The position numbers were made by a program, and so were the translations under genes. The notes below the pieces were generated by a model. That model was not told the origin of the DNA, did no database searches, and was given only the letters and a program-made list of their open reading frames with translations. A stretch of DNA of 64,000 bases from an uncultured virus (IMG/VR IMGVR_UViG_3300031787_008284) (taxonomy: Duplodnaviria; Heunggongvirae; Uroviricota; Caudoviricetes). Where the stretch lies: IMG/VR virus record IMGVR_UViG_3300031787_008284, one strand, 5' to 3'. This document shows, in pieces, positions 38,085-47,754 of this stretch (within the stretch, counting starts at the first letter, position 1; every line of letters starts with the position of its first letter).

Positions 38085-38756
38085 TTAATAAGGAGTATAG
38101 TCTGTCTTAACCAAAAGGGTAGGATCATCTTCTTCTAGTTTTTGATCAATATGATCAAGAAGATCAAATGTTCCAAGAGTACCATCAATTTCAAGTTGGC
38201 CTAAAATTTCAAATAAAAGTGAAGCTTTCATATAAAAATATGAAGATCTTTCTAAATACTTGTTAGGCATTATTTTGTACTCAATAATCTTTTTATTAAT
38301 AATATCGAGTTGGCTTCTTTGGAATACTTGAGTTAAGTCAAAAATACCTTCTTCTATCTTAAAATAAAAGCTCATAATTTCCTTATTCTCAATCTTAACA
38401 ACTCTTGAGAATTTTTTATCATAAGAAATACTAAATGTCATCCACTCTAGATTTTCTAGCCTTTCTATAATTGACCAAAGAAAGGTAACCGAATTAGGTT
38501 TATTACCAGGCATTGCAGCAAGACCATCTACCTCGGCTTTTGTGATCTCATGATCCAGTCTTTTATTACCTCTAATAGCAGACTTAAAAGATTCTACATC
38601 AACGGTGAAAAGATTTTCATCACCGGATTCATTCCAGTTTTTACACTCTTTTATGACTCTTGATATGATAATACTATCAATGAGATCAAACTTATAAAGA
38701 GTAAAGTAAATGTGAGTTGGAATACCTAACTCAAACTTATTGTCTATTAGCATCAT
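38085..38756 (-). CDS. Hypothetical protein
   Basis: 223-aa ORF in operon context. Confidence 0.75.
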   Translation of the reverse strand: MMLIDNKFELGIPTHIYFTLYKFDLIDSIIISRVIKECKNWNESGDENLFTVDVESFKSAIRGNKRLDHEITKAEVDGLAAMPGNKPNSVTFLWSIIERLENLEWMTFSISYDKKFSRVVKIENKEIMSFYFKIEEGIFDLTQVFQRSQLDIINKKIIEYKIMPNKYLERSSYFYMKASLLFEILGQLEIDGTLGTFDLLDHIDQKLEEDDPTLLVKTDYTPY

Positions 38757-39153
38757 TTCCCATCTGTTTTTCTAATATATCTATCGCGGTTCGGACTTCT
38801 GATGGGTTATATTTTAGGCATTCTTTAAACTCTCTATGACCAATTTCATTAAATTTCATATAAAGTTCAACGGCCTTTGGATCTGGTGACCATTGCTTTT
38901 CTTTTTCTTGTTTCTTTACCTTTGTGTAAATAAAACCTGGAACTTTATTAAACTTTGAAGCAACCATTCTCCATGCTTCTGCCTGTCCTACTGGATCAAT
39001 TTTAAGAGTATTAAACAGATTTGCCTGGATAGGAAATTTAATACTCATAAAACGATTGGTCATAAAAGAATTACGAGACTTATCATAACTAGAAACTTTA
39101 TCCCATTGTGCGTCTTTACCAAATAAAACCTTTATGTAGTCAAATAATTGCAT
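38737..39153 (-). CDS. Probable clamp loader small subunit (gp62-like)
   Basis: LFDYIK...FMTNRFMS...ANLFN; near the gp44-like gene. Confidence 0.55.
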   Translation of the reverse strand: MQLFDYIKVLFGKDAQWDKVSSYDKSRNSFMTNRFMSIKFPIQANLFNTLKIDPVGQAEAWRMVASKFNKVPGFIYTKVKKQEKEKQWSPDPKAVELYMKFNEIGHREFKECLKYNPSEVRTAIDILEKQMGNDANRQ

Positions 39154-39172
39154 ACTCCTTTTTTATTATACT

Positions 39173-39463
39173 TTAACAGTTCATTTTTGTTTTAGGGGAA
39201 CATCCTAAAACAATAGATATTCTAAATGATTGTCTAAGATATTTAGGGATCTTATATTCTTTATAAATTTCTTTAAAAATAGGTTCCCATTTACTTTCTT
39301 CTAATTCATAATCTAAAAAAGGTATCTCTTTTTGACCTCTGTCATTTAAAGAAGCAGTTTCAACTAAATAGTCAAAATTGCCACTAGGAGTTGATTCTCT
39401 AAAAAGACGACGATAACATTCCATCATCGCATCATCTACTCTTTTTTGCATTCTTGACGTCAT
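39173..39463 (-). CDS. Hypothetical protein
   Basis: Probable start MTSRMQKR. Confidence 0.6.
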   Translation of the reverse strand: MTSRMQKRVDDAMMECYRRLFRESTPSGNFDYLVETASLNDRGQKEIPFLDYELEESKWEPIFKEIYKEYKIPKYLRQSFRISIVLGCSPKTKMNC

Positions 39464-39464
39464 A

Positions 39465-40679
39465 TTAAAATATTTTTCCCTTTTGTTTACGATCTGATAT
39501 GAAAGAAAAATCAGAGTCATCTTCATCATCTTTAAAGATCTTAGATGAAACTGCTATTGAGGTATCTTCTGTCTTATATGGGCTATTTTCTAAAATTGAT
39601 TTCATTGAAGAAACACCATTAATCTTTAAAGTATTTAAACTAATCTTAGACTCAATAGAGCGAAACATTTCGTCTAGGATACCCTCTGGGATAGATTCGG
39701 CAGAAAGAACCATTAAGTTTACGTTTGATTTAATATTGGCAATGATCTGTTCCCTGGTCATATGTTTAGCCTTCATAACACGAATAATGATATTGGCAAG
39801 GTCAGTTACCAACTCATCATTATAAAGATACATATGAGAAAGGACGCCATGCTTCTGTTTGAATTCAGAAACAATTTCTTCTGCCTTCTTTTCGCTGATT
39901 CCATAACGGCGATCTTTAGATACATACCAATATGCAGGAGTAACATTATCACCAGCATCACCGGTAAGAACTTTTCTAAAACGAAACTCTTCGGGGTCAA
40001 CCTCTATGATATCAACCTTTTTCTTTTTTACCAAAGTTTGTAATAGCTTCTTTGCTTGATTTTCTGGTGAAACTGAAACCTTCATAAGATCAAAGATATC
40101 TGTTGATGTTTCTTGTTCTTCAGTATTCATCCATTCAGAGAAGCCTTGATAGGTATAGAGTTTCTTATGAGCCGGTGAAAATAGGATAGTATGAGTATCA
40201 TTATTTTTACAAACTAATTGAACAATATCACGGTCACCAGTAAACATAATTACTGATTTGTTATTGGCTAAAGATTCAGTATTCCATGCATACATTAAAT
40301 CGTCACCTTCGGCTCCATCAATTTTTGAAACAATTACACCCTGACGAACCAAGAGACCAATAAAGTCTTCTGATACTTTAGAAAAGTTTTCCCAGTTAAT
40401 AGTGGAATCTTGTTTACGATTTCCTTTATAATCTGCCTCTGGGTAAAAGTCCTTACGCCATGAACGAGAATCTACCGTCCATACAATTTTATCAATAAGA
40501 CCTTCAAATAATCTAACCTGGTATGCAAAATCAGTTGCGAGTTTTGCCATAAAGGATTGAGACTCTTCAGAAGAACCTAGTAATTCTTTAGACTTACCTA
40601 GACGAGGCAAGACATATAATGTTCTGAATAGAAAATAATTTCCATCCACAACTAGTGTGTGTCTACCTGTTTTTTTCAT
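39465..40679 (-). CDS. T4 RNase H-like 5'-3' (flap) exonuclease
   Basis: LVVDGNY, WRK...YKGNR, AEGDD, TGDRD, GDAGDNV. Confidence 0.9.
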   Translation of the reverse strand: MKKTGRHTLVVDGNYFLFRTLYVLPRLGKSKELLGSSEESQSFMAKLATDFAYQVRLFEGLIDKIVWTVDSRSWRKDFYPEADYKGNRKQDSTINWENFSKVSEDFIGLLVRQGVIVSKIDGAEGDDLMYAWNTESLANNKSVIMFTGDRDIVQLVCKNNDTHTILFSPAHKKLYTYQGFSEWMNTEEQETSTDIFDLMKVSVSPENQAKKLLQTLVKKKKVDIIEVDPEEFRFRKVLTGDAGDNVTPAYWYVSKDRRYGISEKKAEEIVSEFKQKHGVLSHMYLYNDELVTDLANIIIRVMKAKHMTREQIIANIKSNVNLMVLSAESIPEGILDEMFRSIESKISLNTLKINGVSSMKSILENSPYKTEDTSIAVSSKIFKDDEDDSDFSFISDRKQKGKIF

Positions 40680-40710
40680 CTATTTTTGTAATTTATTAAA
40701 ATATAACAGG

Positions 40711-40875
40711 TCAAGAATTAAACTGAAAGTTTATAATAAGGAATTCTTTTTCAATCTGTTCTTGTGATTGATTAGATCTTTCTCTCTTAAACTCCCAAAA
40801 TCTTTTTACTGCTTCACCTAATGCAAAATGATTAGGATATCTCTTAATTAATTCATTTAGTAAATTATCTGACAT
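40711..40875 (-). CDS. Small hypothetical protein, 54 aa (not in ORF track)
   Basis: Hand translation MSDNLLNELIKRYPNHFALGEAVKRFWEF... Confidence 0.6.
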   Translation of the reverse strand: MSDNLLNELIKRYPNHFALGEAVKRFWEFKRERSNQSQEQIEKEFLIINFQFNS

Positions 40876-40876
40876 A

Positions 40877-41839
40877 TTATGCACCATTTAATATTGATTG
40901 CAATTCATAAATACAAGCGAGCATTGATACAGCAGGATCAATTACAAGTTGTCTTTGCGATTGATACTTTGAAACCGTTACAATTGTTTGCGGTATGAAT
41001 TGAATATAAGAAGGTCTTTCCTGTTGTATGTATTCAATAAATTCAGCGCCTAAGGAAGAGAGTACATCATCTACTCGGTTTGCATAATTTGATAACATAT
41101 ATTGGTAATTTTTTACCGGGTCAGTGTTATCAATAATAAGATCATAAACATCTTTGTAAACCGAACTAAACTTCTTAATATCTTCAACAGTAATAGTTTC
41201 CTTACCTTGGGATTTAAACCCTTGAAGTTGATTAAGCATATTACGAAGATCCGGAAATTTTCTTTTTACCAATTCAACAGCTGCATGTTTATCAATTCCA
41301 ATTCCTTCTTCTTTACAGATTTGTAAAATTCTCATTATGTAACCTTTCATAATTTCCATTTCCTCCTCCTTCGTAAAATCAAAATCAATCATTTCAAATC
41401 TTGATTGAATTGGATCTGGAACCTTATTAATGTAATTACATGTTGCAATAAATCTGGCATTGGATGCAAATTGATCCATTGTTGCACGAAGGGCTTTAAA
41501 AAATTGATCAGATACACCATCAATCTCATCTAGGATAATAACCTTAAGTTTACCAGGTTCATCCATAATGGAACGGTTTGCGCAGAAGTCAGTAATACGA
41601 TTTCTAACAATATCAACCGAGGTATCTGTTGATGCATTAATATAAAGATATGGATGCTTAAAATGTTTAACCAATGCTTTAGCAGCGGATGTTTTACCTG
41701 TACCTGGACTACCATGTAAAAGAAGATGTTGATAAACACCCTTTGATAATTTATCACCTACTCGTTTAGGTGTAATAAGATCATCTAAGTTTTGTGGCCG
41801 GTACTTTTCAGTTAAAAGAATATTCTGTACATTTCTCAT
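40877..41839 (-). CDS. Clamp loader large subunit (gp44/RFC-like)
   Basis: Probable start MRNVQ; EKYRP, GSPGTGKT, ILDEID, IQSRF, FPDLR. Confidence 0.93.
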   Translation of the reverse strand: MRNVQNILLTEKYRPQNLDDLITPKRVGDKLSKGVYQHLLLHGSPGTGKTSAAKALVKHFKHPYLYINASTDTSVDIVRNRITDFCANRSIMDEPGKLKVIILDEIDGVSDQFFKALRATMDQFASNARFIATCNYINKVPDPIQSRFEMIDFDFTKEEEMEIMKGYIMRILQICKEEGIGIDKHAAVELVKRKFPDLRNMLNQLQGFKSQGKETITVEDIKKFSSVYKDVYDLIIDNTDPVKNYQYMLSNYANRVDDVLSSLGAEFIEYIQQERPSYIQFIPQTIVTVSKYQSQRQLVIDPAVSMLACIYELQSILNGA

Positions 41840-41924
41840 AATTAAGATACTATTGTTTATTTTTATATGCAAACCTGAGTGATAGTTTTACTAAGGATAA
41901 ATAAAAAAATCATATAAGACATCA

Positions 41925-42734
41925 ATGAGAAGAGTAAGAAAATTACTTGGTAATGACAGAAGAGTTCCTGTCATAAAAGAGAATAAGGGATTACCTCCAA
42001 CTGTAATTAAGAAAGGGCAATCTAGTAATAGGTTAGGAAGAGTAGTTGTTGCTAATGATAATATACCAACAATACAGCGAAGAAATCTTAGTATTACAAC
42101 ATCGGCTGAAGTAACAAAAAGACCAATAAGTAAAATTGAACCTATTTGGTTAGGTGAAACCGTTTTCATTATAGGGGGTGGGCCATCTCTTCAAGATTTT
42201 AATTGGTCTGGTCTTTATGGTAAGAAAACCATTGCAATCAATAAATCACTACTTTCGTTTCCTCAAGCAAATGTTCTTTATTGGACAGATTCTAGGGTTT
42301 ATTCCTGGATGAAAGCCGACATTGATAATTTCAAAGGCCCTAAATATACAATACGAGATCACCCATCATATATAGGCGACATTAAGATTTTAAGAAAAGG
42401 TAATAAGTTTGGTTTAGAAGAAGCCAAAGATACGCTATCACATGGTAATAATAGCGGATATGCTGCTATTAATCTTGCATACCATTTAGGAGCAAAACGA
42501 ATTATTCTTTTAGGATATGATATGGGTAATGATGGTAAAAGAGGACATCATCATGATGGATATCCAGTTCCGGTAACAGGTGATAATATTTACAGGGATC
42601 AATTTATCCCAGGATTTAAGATACTTGCAGATCTACTTAAGACAAAAGGAATTGAAGTCTATAATGCATCTCCAAATAGTTTATTAAATACCTGGCCTAA
42701 GATTACATTAGAAAAAGCTTTAACTTTTAAATGA
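41925..42734 (+). CDS. DUF115/Maf-like glycosyltransferase-like protein
   Basis: VFIIGGGPSL, IAINKS, NSGYAAINLAYHLGAKRIILLGYDM, VYNAS; the only convincing plus-strand gene. Confidence 0.75.
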   Translation: MRRVRKLLGNDRRVPVIKENKGLPPTVIKKGQSSNRLGRVVVANDNIPTIQRRNLSITTSAEVTKRPISKIEPIWLGETVFIIGGGPSLQDFNWSGLYGKKTIAINKSLLSFPQANVLYWTDSRVYSWMKADIDNFKGPKYTIRDHPSYIGDIKILRKGNKFGLEEAKDTLSHGNNSGYAAINLAYHLGAKRIILLGYDMGNDGKRGHHHDGYPVPVTGDNIYRDQFIPGFKILADLLKTKGIEVYNASPNSLLNTWPKITLEKALTFK

Positions 42735-43211
42735 TCTTCTAATATGTGTGATAAACTCCCTTTGTTCACCTTTTAGAAGAGATTTACAGTGTTTAGTAAA
42801 GTTAACAGATGAATCTATTACTCGTTGATCAACCCTTTTATTCCGTGAGTTATGAGCCTCAGAACATTTGCTACATACAAAGTTTTCAATCTTCTTTGAA
42901 TCCATTCTTGCCTTAATCTCTACAGAACAGATTGCACAGTTCCAGTCTATAACATTTGAGTCTGATTCTACTTCCTTTATTGTGGTAAAGGTTTCTCTAA
43001 AGGGATTCCAAAGAATCTTATTAGGATTCTTTTCATGGTCATTCATATCCTCAACCTTAAAAATGATTTCATATGTTTGCGGGTCTGGATCTAACCACTT
43101 AAGGTAGTCATTCTCTGCCATAAATCGTTGCTTTGAAGGCGGCAGGTTCTCCAAAAGAATACCATGCCGCCTTCTATACCATCCAAAGTTTATTTTACGA
43201 ACTTTATACAT
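42720..43211 (-). CDS. Hypothetical protein with zinc ribbon
   Basis: CAIC...CSKC. Confidence 0.7.
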   Translation of the reverse strand: MYKVRKINFGWYRRRHGILLENLPPSKQRFMAENDYLKWLDPDPQTYEIIFKVEDMNDHEKNPNKILWNPFRETFTTIKEVESDSNVIDWNCAICSVEIKARMDSKKIENFVCSKCSEAHNSRNKRVDQRVIDSSVNFTKHCKSLLKGEQREFITHIRRSFKS

Positions 43212-44361
43212 TTACATTTTTACTTAATCTTCTAAATTTATCAGTAAAAGATTCACCAATATAACCAGCAGATTCATTTTTACCTGCCTTCTTATCTTTA
43301 AGATCCTTTAGTTTATTTTCTTCTGGTTCAAGAGCCTTTGCTAAAACTTCAGGACTTGCAAGAGGACTATTTTTATCCTTTGCTTTATTCTTAATTGCAG
43401 CTATCTTATCTTCCTGATCTGCTATTTCTTTATCAAGAGGATCCTCCTCGGTTGCAACAGCAGCCTTTAGATCATCCTGTGCAACATTAAGAGCAGATTG
43501 TGCAGCGGCAATGTCATCAGAATTACCTCCTAATTTTGCTTTTTCTAATTCTTCTGCTTTAATCTGTCTTTCAATAGCTAAAACATCAGGGTGTTTTTTA
43601 GATCCAAGCGAATCTTCTTTAGACTGTTTATCTGCCTTTAATTTATTGATCTTAGAATCTATAACGTTTATCTTTTCAGTATTATCCTCGCCTTCGGGCT
43701 TAGTCTCTCCTTCGGGCTTAGTCTCAGCTGCAGGTTTATTATCCTTTACTTTAGGCATTTCTTGCTGCTGTGGTTGCTCTTGAGCCTGTGGTTCTTCTGC
43801 TTTAGGTTCTTCGGCCTTTTCATAATCCTTAATATCTTGCTCTGCCTTAGCAGCTTGTGCATTAAGTTTCTTTATTTGGATCTTAAGTTGTTTAGTTTCT
43901 TCGGCATCAGCAGCTTTAAGAGCAGTTTCAGCAGCGGCAACTTTAGCCTTTGACATAGCAAGAGATTTAACGGCCTGTAAACCTGGACTCGTTGCAAGAG
44001 TAGTCATACGGTCAGAAATAGCGCTGGCCTTATCGGTAAGTGCCTGGTTCTTTGCAGCATTAGCCTGTCTAAGAACCTCCTTTTTATCTGCATCTACTTC
44101 TCCACCAGATGCCTGTATTTTCTTTTCATAGTCTACATTATTAAGAGCCTTTTGTACCAATGCTTGTTGGTACTTCTTTGCATTGTTCTTAATCTTTAAA
44201 AATTTAACAGGATTTTGAAAAAGGGCACCTGCTCTAGTTTGTGCAGGTTTAGGCGCAGCTTCATTAATAGCCTGTTCAACCACGCGGTCAAGATGAGCCT
44301 CTAATCTAGTCTCAGCTTCCTTAATTATTCTAAAATGTTCAAAATTGACAAGTTCTTTCAT
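43204..44361 (-). CDS. Ala/Lys/Glu-rich coiled-coil protein, probable head core or internal protein
   Basis: MKELVNFEHF...INEA; late-type promoter upstream; near the capsid genes. Confidence 0.6.
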   Translation of the reverse strand: MKELVNFEHFRIIKEAETRLEAHLDRVVEQAINEAAPKPAQTRAGALFQNPVKFLKIKNNAKKYQQALVQKALNNVDYEKKIQASGGEVDADKKEVLRQANAAKNQALTDKASAISDRMTTLATSPGLQAVKSLAMSKAKVAAAETALKAADAEETKQLKIQIKKLNAQAAKAEQDIKDYEKAEEPKAEEPQAQEQPQQQEMPKVKDNKPAAETKPEGETKPEGEDNTEKINVIDSKINKLKADKQSKEDSLGSKKHPDVLAIERQIKAEELEKAKLGGNSDDIAAAQSALNVAQDDLKAAVATEEDPLDKEIADQEDKIAAIKNKAKDKNSPLASPEVLAKALEPEENKLKDLKDKKAGKNESAGYIGESFTDKFRRLSKNVNV

Positions 44362-44406
44362 TTCTTATTATTTTTTTAGTAATTTATATATTCCAGGGTC
44401 TAGAGC

Positions 44407-44434
44407 AAAAAAAAGGTTCGCCGAAGCGAACCTT
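44407..44434 (-). terminator. Intrinsic terminator with cUUCGg loop
   Basis: AGGTTCGC-TTCG-GCGAACC plus T-run. Confidence 0.88.
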
Positions 44435-44457
44435 TAGAGTATTTAATTTTACGATTA

Positions 44458-45573
44458 TTAACACATAACTGGTGACCAGATGTCATTGTATAACCAGTCT
44501 TGGAATGCAGCATGATCTTGAGCATCCCACCAGTTAAGAAAACATTTATAATCAACCCAAACGCTAGAGTCCTGGAATATACCATCAACTATAGTGGAAT
44601 AGAATGCTTGAAAGTCAAAGCAGTATTGTTGTGCTAATGCATTAAACCAGTCAAGGGTACTTCCGTATCTATTATCAGTTACCCCACAAGGATTCGAACC
44701 GTCAAAGAATTGCTTAAAATTACTATCGCTAGGTGTTTTTACGGTCTGAGTAAAGAAAAACTGTGGGAGTTCCCAACCTGCTTTAGTGGTTGTGCCAAAG
44801 AAATCAGGTCTTCCATCTATAATGGCTTTAATGTCATTAGTGTTTACAAATCTAGTGCCTTCCCATGCATTTGGAACATAAGATAATGTCATATTAGGAA
44901 TAGGAACACCGGTATCCTCAACACGAAGATATGCGCCTTCCTGATTAGAGTATGGAACATATGATCTAACAATTGTTTTGGTTGCAGTAGTAGGCCAGTT
45001 ACCTATAGAATAAAATGGGGTTTGTGGTGCTTTAGTAAATGTATATTGTTGAATACCATAACCAAAAGGGACATTGCCATAAGATGTGGCATTTAACCAT
45101 GTAGCTACATCAAGAAGATCATCAAACCTAGTTGCCTGATTTTCATTAGAAACAAGGTAAACTTCCCAGGATGCTGGAGCAGCACCAGGATTTATCACAT
45201 AAATGTAGGCGCCTAGATCAAATGAATATAGGATAGCTGTTCTATCTAATGTATTTGATGATTTTGCACCACCTGCAACATTCGGTGTGGGTGCAGCCCC
45301 AAATGAAGTAGATCCAACCGGATCAGAAAAGAACTTATCCTTAATTTCATATCCATTTGCTGCATCAAAAAGTGTCTTTGATTCATCACCCCATTGGTTA
45401 GGATACCAGTATGTAGAAGGTATCTGTGCATCGAGTGTATTAAGATTTGTGTATCTTGTTGCGTTATCAGCAATTTCAACAGTATCACCCCTAACACCTA
45501 ATACGGTATTGTCTACTTTAAGCCATCTTCCAGCGTCTTTTGCTTTTATAACGGCTGCTCTATTTACTGCCAT
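44458..45573 (-). CDS. Probable virion protein with three copies of an ~80-aa repeat domain
   Basis: Repeats R.A...S...G.Y.....N.TRF; downstream of the capsid gene; late promoter. Confidence 0.6.
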   Translation of the reverse strand: MAVNRAAVIKAKDAGRWLKVDNTVLGVRGDTVEIADNATRYTNLNTLDAQIPSTYWYPNQWGDESKTLFDAANGYEIKDKFFSDPVGSTSFGAAPTPNVAGGAKSSNTLDRTAILYSFDLGAYIYVINPGAAPASWEVYLVSNENQATRFDDLLDVATWLNATSYGNVPFGYGIQQYTFTKAPQTPFYSIGNWPTTATKTIVRSYVPYSNQEGAYLRVEDTGVPIPNMTLSYVPNAWEGTRFVNTNDIKAIIDGRPDFFGTTTKAGWELPQFFFTQTVKTPSDSNFKQFFDGSNPCGVTDNRYGSTLDWFNALAQQYCFDFQAFYSTIVDGIFQDSSVWVDYKCFLNWWDAQDHAAFQDWLYNDIWSPVMC

Positions 45574-45625
45574 AATCTAATTTTTATTTTTATATATCTT
45601 TTAGGAGTAAAAATTTTAAAGAGGA

Positions 45626-45874
45626 TTATGCTGCAAAGTATAGCCATTGGATTTCCCAAGGGTATGCATTTATAGTAGGATCACCAATAGGTGTATCAGT
45701 TAAATAGTATTGAAGTTCCACGATGTTAACCCATTTAGTAGCACCATTAGGATTCGTAACCCATGTCCAAGTAACCGCCGAAGGATCACCACCAATGGTG
45801 CCAGGATCTATTGCAATGTATTTATCTTGGCTAAAATTATAAAGAACAGCTGCGCGGTAAACTCCTTGTGACAT
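45626..45874 (-). CDS. Probable capsid-associated protein, single copy of the same repeat domain
   Basis: YRAAVLYNFSQDKYIAIDPG...NGATKWVNIVELQYYL. Confidence 0.6.
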   Translation of the reverse strand: MSQGVYRAAVLYNFSQDKYIAIDPGTIGGDPSAVTWTWVTNPNGATKWVNIVELQYYLTDTPIGDPTINAYPWEIQWLYFAA

Positions 45875-45901
45875 ATTGTTATTTTTGTTTTATATATTAA
45901 G

Positions 45902-45933
45902 AAAAAAAAAAGGTCCGCCGAAGCGGACCTTTT
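45902..45933 (-). terminator. Intrinsic terminator with cUUCGg loop after the major capsid gene
   Basis: AGGTCCGC-TTCG-GCGGACC plus long T-run. Confidence 0.9.
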
Positions 45934-45955
45934 CAAACAGTATGATTACTATTGA

Positions 45956-47671
45956 TTAGATAATATCAACTCCGTTGAAGTTGAAGTTCAATACATAGTA
46001 CATAGTTTGTGGGTGGAATCCAGCGTCTACTAAGTCGAATCTAGATTTAACCGCGATTTTAGGAGCCATAGTTCCTTCTGCGATTGTCTCAACAGATTCA
46101 GCCATTAAGTAAGGCATGAATACTAAACCAGGAGAGTTACCATCACCTTTACGACCTACAGCGATCTTAACATCGTTAAAGTCTCTGTTTGGATCTACAT
46201 AAACAGTAACACCTGCGATAGCTCCGATTGGGTAAAGAGAACCACCAGCTTGGTTAACTGTGTTAGAAAGAGGATAAGCAACGAATCCAGCGATGTCCTG
46301 AAGAGCAGATGCCATCTTACCGCCAGTTACAGCGAAAGTAGCAGGTCCTCTACGGCCACGAGTAGCGATCAAGTTAGAAGCAGCAAGAACCTTAGTAAGG
46401 ATTCTACGTTGCAATGTACCTTGAGTTTCGCCACCACCACCAACTGATACAGAAGTAACAGTTACAGAGCGGTTAACGCCAGTATTGTCAGTTCCAAGAG
46501 GAATAGTAACAGCACCGGTAGCACCAGTAGTAAATGCAGCTGAAAGAACAGTAGCGTCTACTTGAGATACTTGGTAAGCGTTAGTTACGCCATTCTTGAA
46601 GATTCTATCCAAGATATACTTGTTGATAGATTGAGTTAATTCATTAACCAATACAGCTTCTACTTGAGCAACTGCATCGATACCGAATTGCTTAAGATCT
46701 TGTACTTGTTCGCGAGTTACAGCGGCAGCAACTTGATAAGTTTTAGCGGCAACTGATTTGTTGAACAATGATAGACCCATGATGTTATCTGGAGTAGATT
46801 CTCCATCTCCTCTTTGATAAGGATCAGTACTGTTAATAGATTCAGCGAAAGAAGGAACACCTGTAGCAGGGTTGTTCTCAGCGAATGCATTACCAGAGAA
46901 ACCAACGATGTGGTCTTCTAAAGCTTTAACTAATTCAGGAGCTCCGTCAAAGTTAACACGAACTACAGTTAGAGGATCATCAGAATAACCATCAGTAGCT
47001 GCAGTGATTGCAGTATAGATTGGCTGATAACCTTCTTCACCTTGTGCAAAAGGATCAGCACCTTGAGCTTGGTCAGTTCCTTTACCTCTTACGCGGAAAA
47101 TAGGATAACCATCGATACGAGACTTACCAACGAAAGTTAATTCGTATGCACCGAAGCTACCAGTACCAACGTAAAGAAGATCGTTAACTGCTAAGTCACC
47201 ACCAGTAGCGATAGTTAAAGGAACTTTGATCATTAAAGGAGCAGAGTTACCGTTAATACCACCAGCAGTAGTTACACGACCACCACCATATACAAAGTCT
47301 AGGTAAGTAAGAACTCCCATAGGACCTTGCATAGGAACTACAGGTACAAGATCAAGACCTACAGTCTGAGCAGCTACTTGCATAGCAAGTGGCAACAAAG
47401 AGAATGGTCTATCACCAGAACCTGGGGCCTGAGAATAGAAAGCGTTCAATGTAGTAGGATCTCCAGGGAAAGTAGGAGCGCCCATTGATTGAACGTTCAT
47501 GTTTGGATTGAGGTGTACAGTATTGTAAACACTTTCATTAAGGTTATGGTAATGGCAATACTTAGACATCCAAGATAACTTAGACTTCTCAGTGATACCA
47601 GTAGCCTCCTCAATGATAGGTGCCCACGTCTTTTGTACTTCAGCCTCATTAATTAAATGATTTGCGTACAT
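45956..47671 (-). CDS. Major capsid protein (gp23-like)
   Basis: LVPVVPMQGPMG, EQVQDLKQ, LTQSINK, FMPY, APKIAVKSRF. Confidence 0.93.
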   Translation of the reverse strand: MYANHLINEAEVQKTWAPIIEEATGITEKSKLSWMSKYCHYHNLNESVYNTVHLNPNMNVQSMGAPTFPGDPTTLNAFYSQAPGSGDRPFSLLPLAMQVAAQTVGLDLVPVVPMQGPMGVLTYLDFVYGGGRVTTAGGINGNSAPLMIKVPLTIATGGDLAVNDLLYVGTGSFGAYELTFVGKSRIDGYPIFRVRGKGTDQAQGADPFAQGEEGYQPIYTAITAATDGYSDDPLTVVRVNFDGAPELVKALEDHIVGFSGNAFAENNPATGVPSFAESINSTDPYQRGDGESTPDNIMGLSLFNKSVAAKTYQVAAAVTREQVQDLKQFGIDAVAQVEAVLVNELTQSINKYILDRIFKNGVTNAYQVSQVDATVLSAAFTTGATGAVTIPLGTDNTGVNRSVTVTSVSVGGGGETQGTLQRRILTKVLAASNLIATRGRRGPATFAVTGGKMASALQDIAGFVAYPLSNTVNQAGGSLYPIGAIAGVTVYVDPNRDFNDVKIAVGRKGDGNSPGLVFMPYLMAESVETIAEGTMAPKIAVKSRFDLVDAGFHPQTMYYVLNFNFNGVDII

Positions 47672-47754
47672 TTTGTTTTTTGTTTTTTTATTTGTTTTTA
47701 TTAATCAATCTGTAGCTCTTTGCTTCTTAGCTATTAGATTATATTTTTTATATA

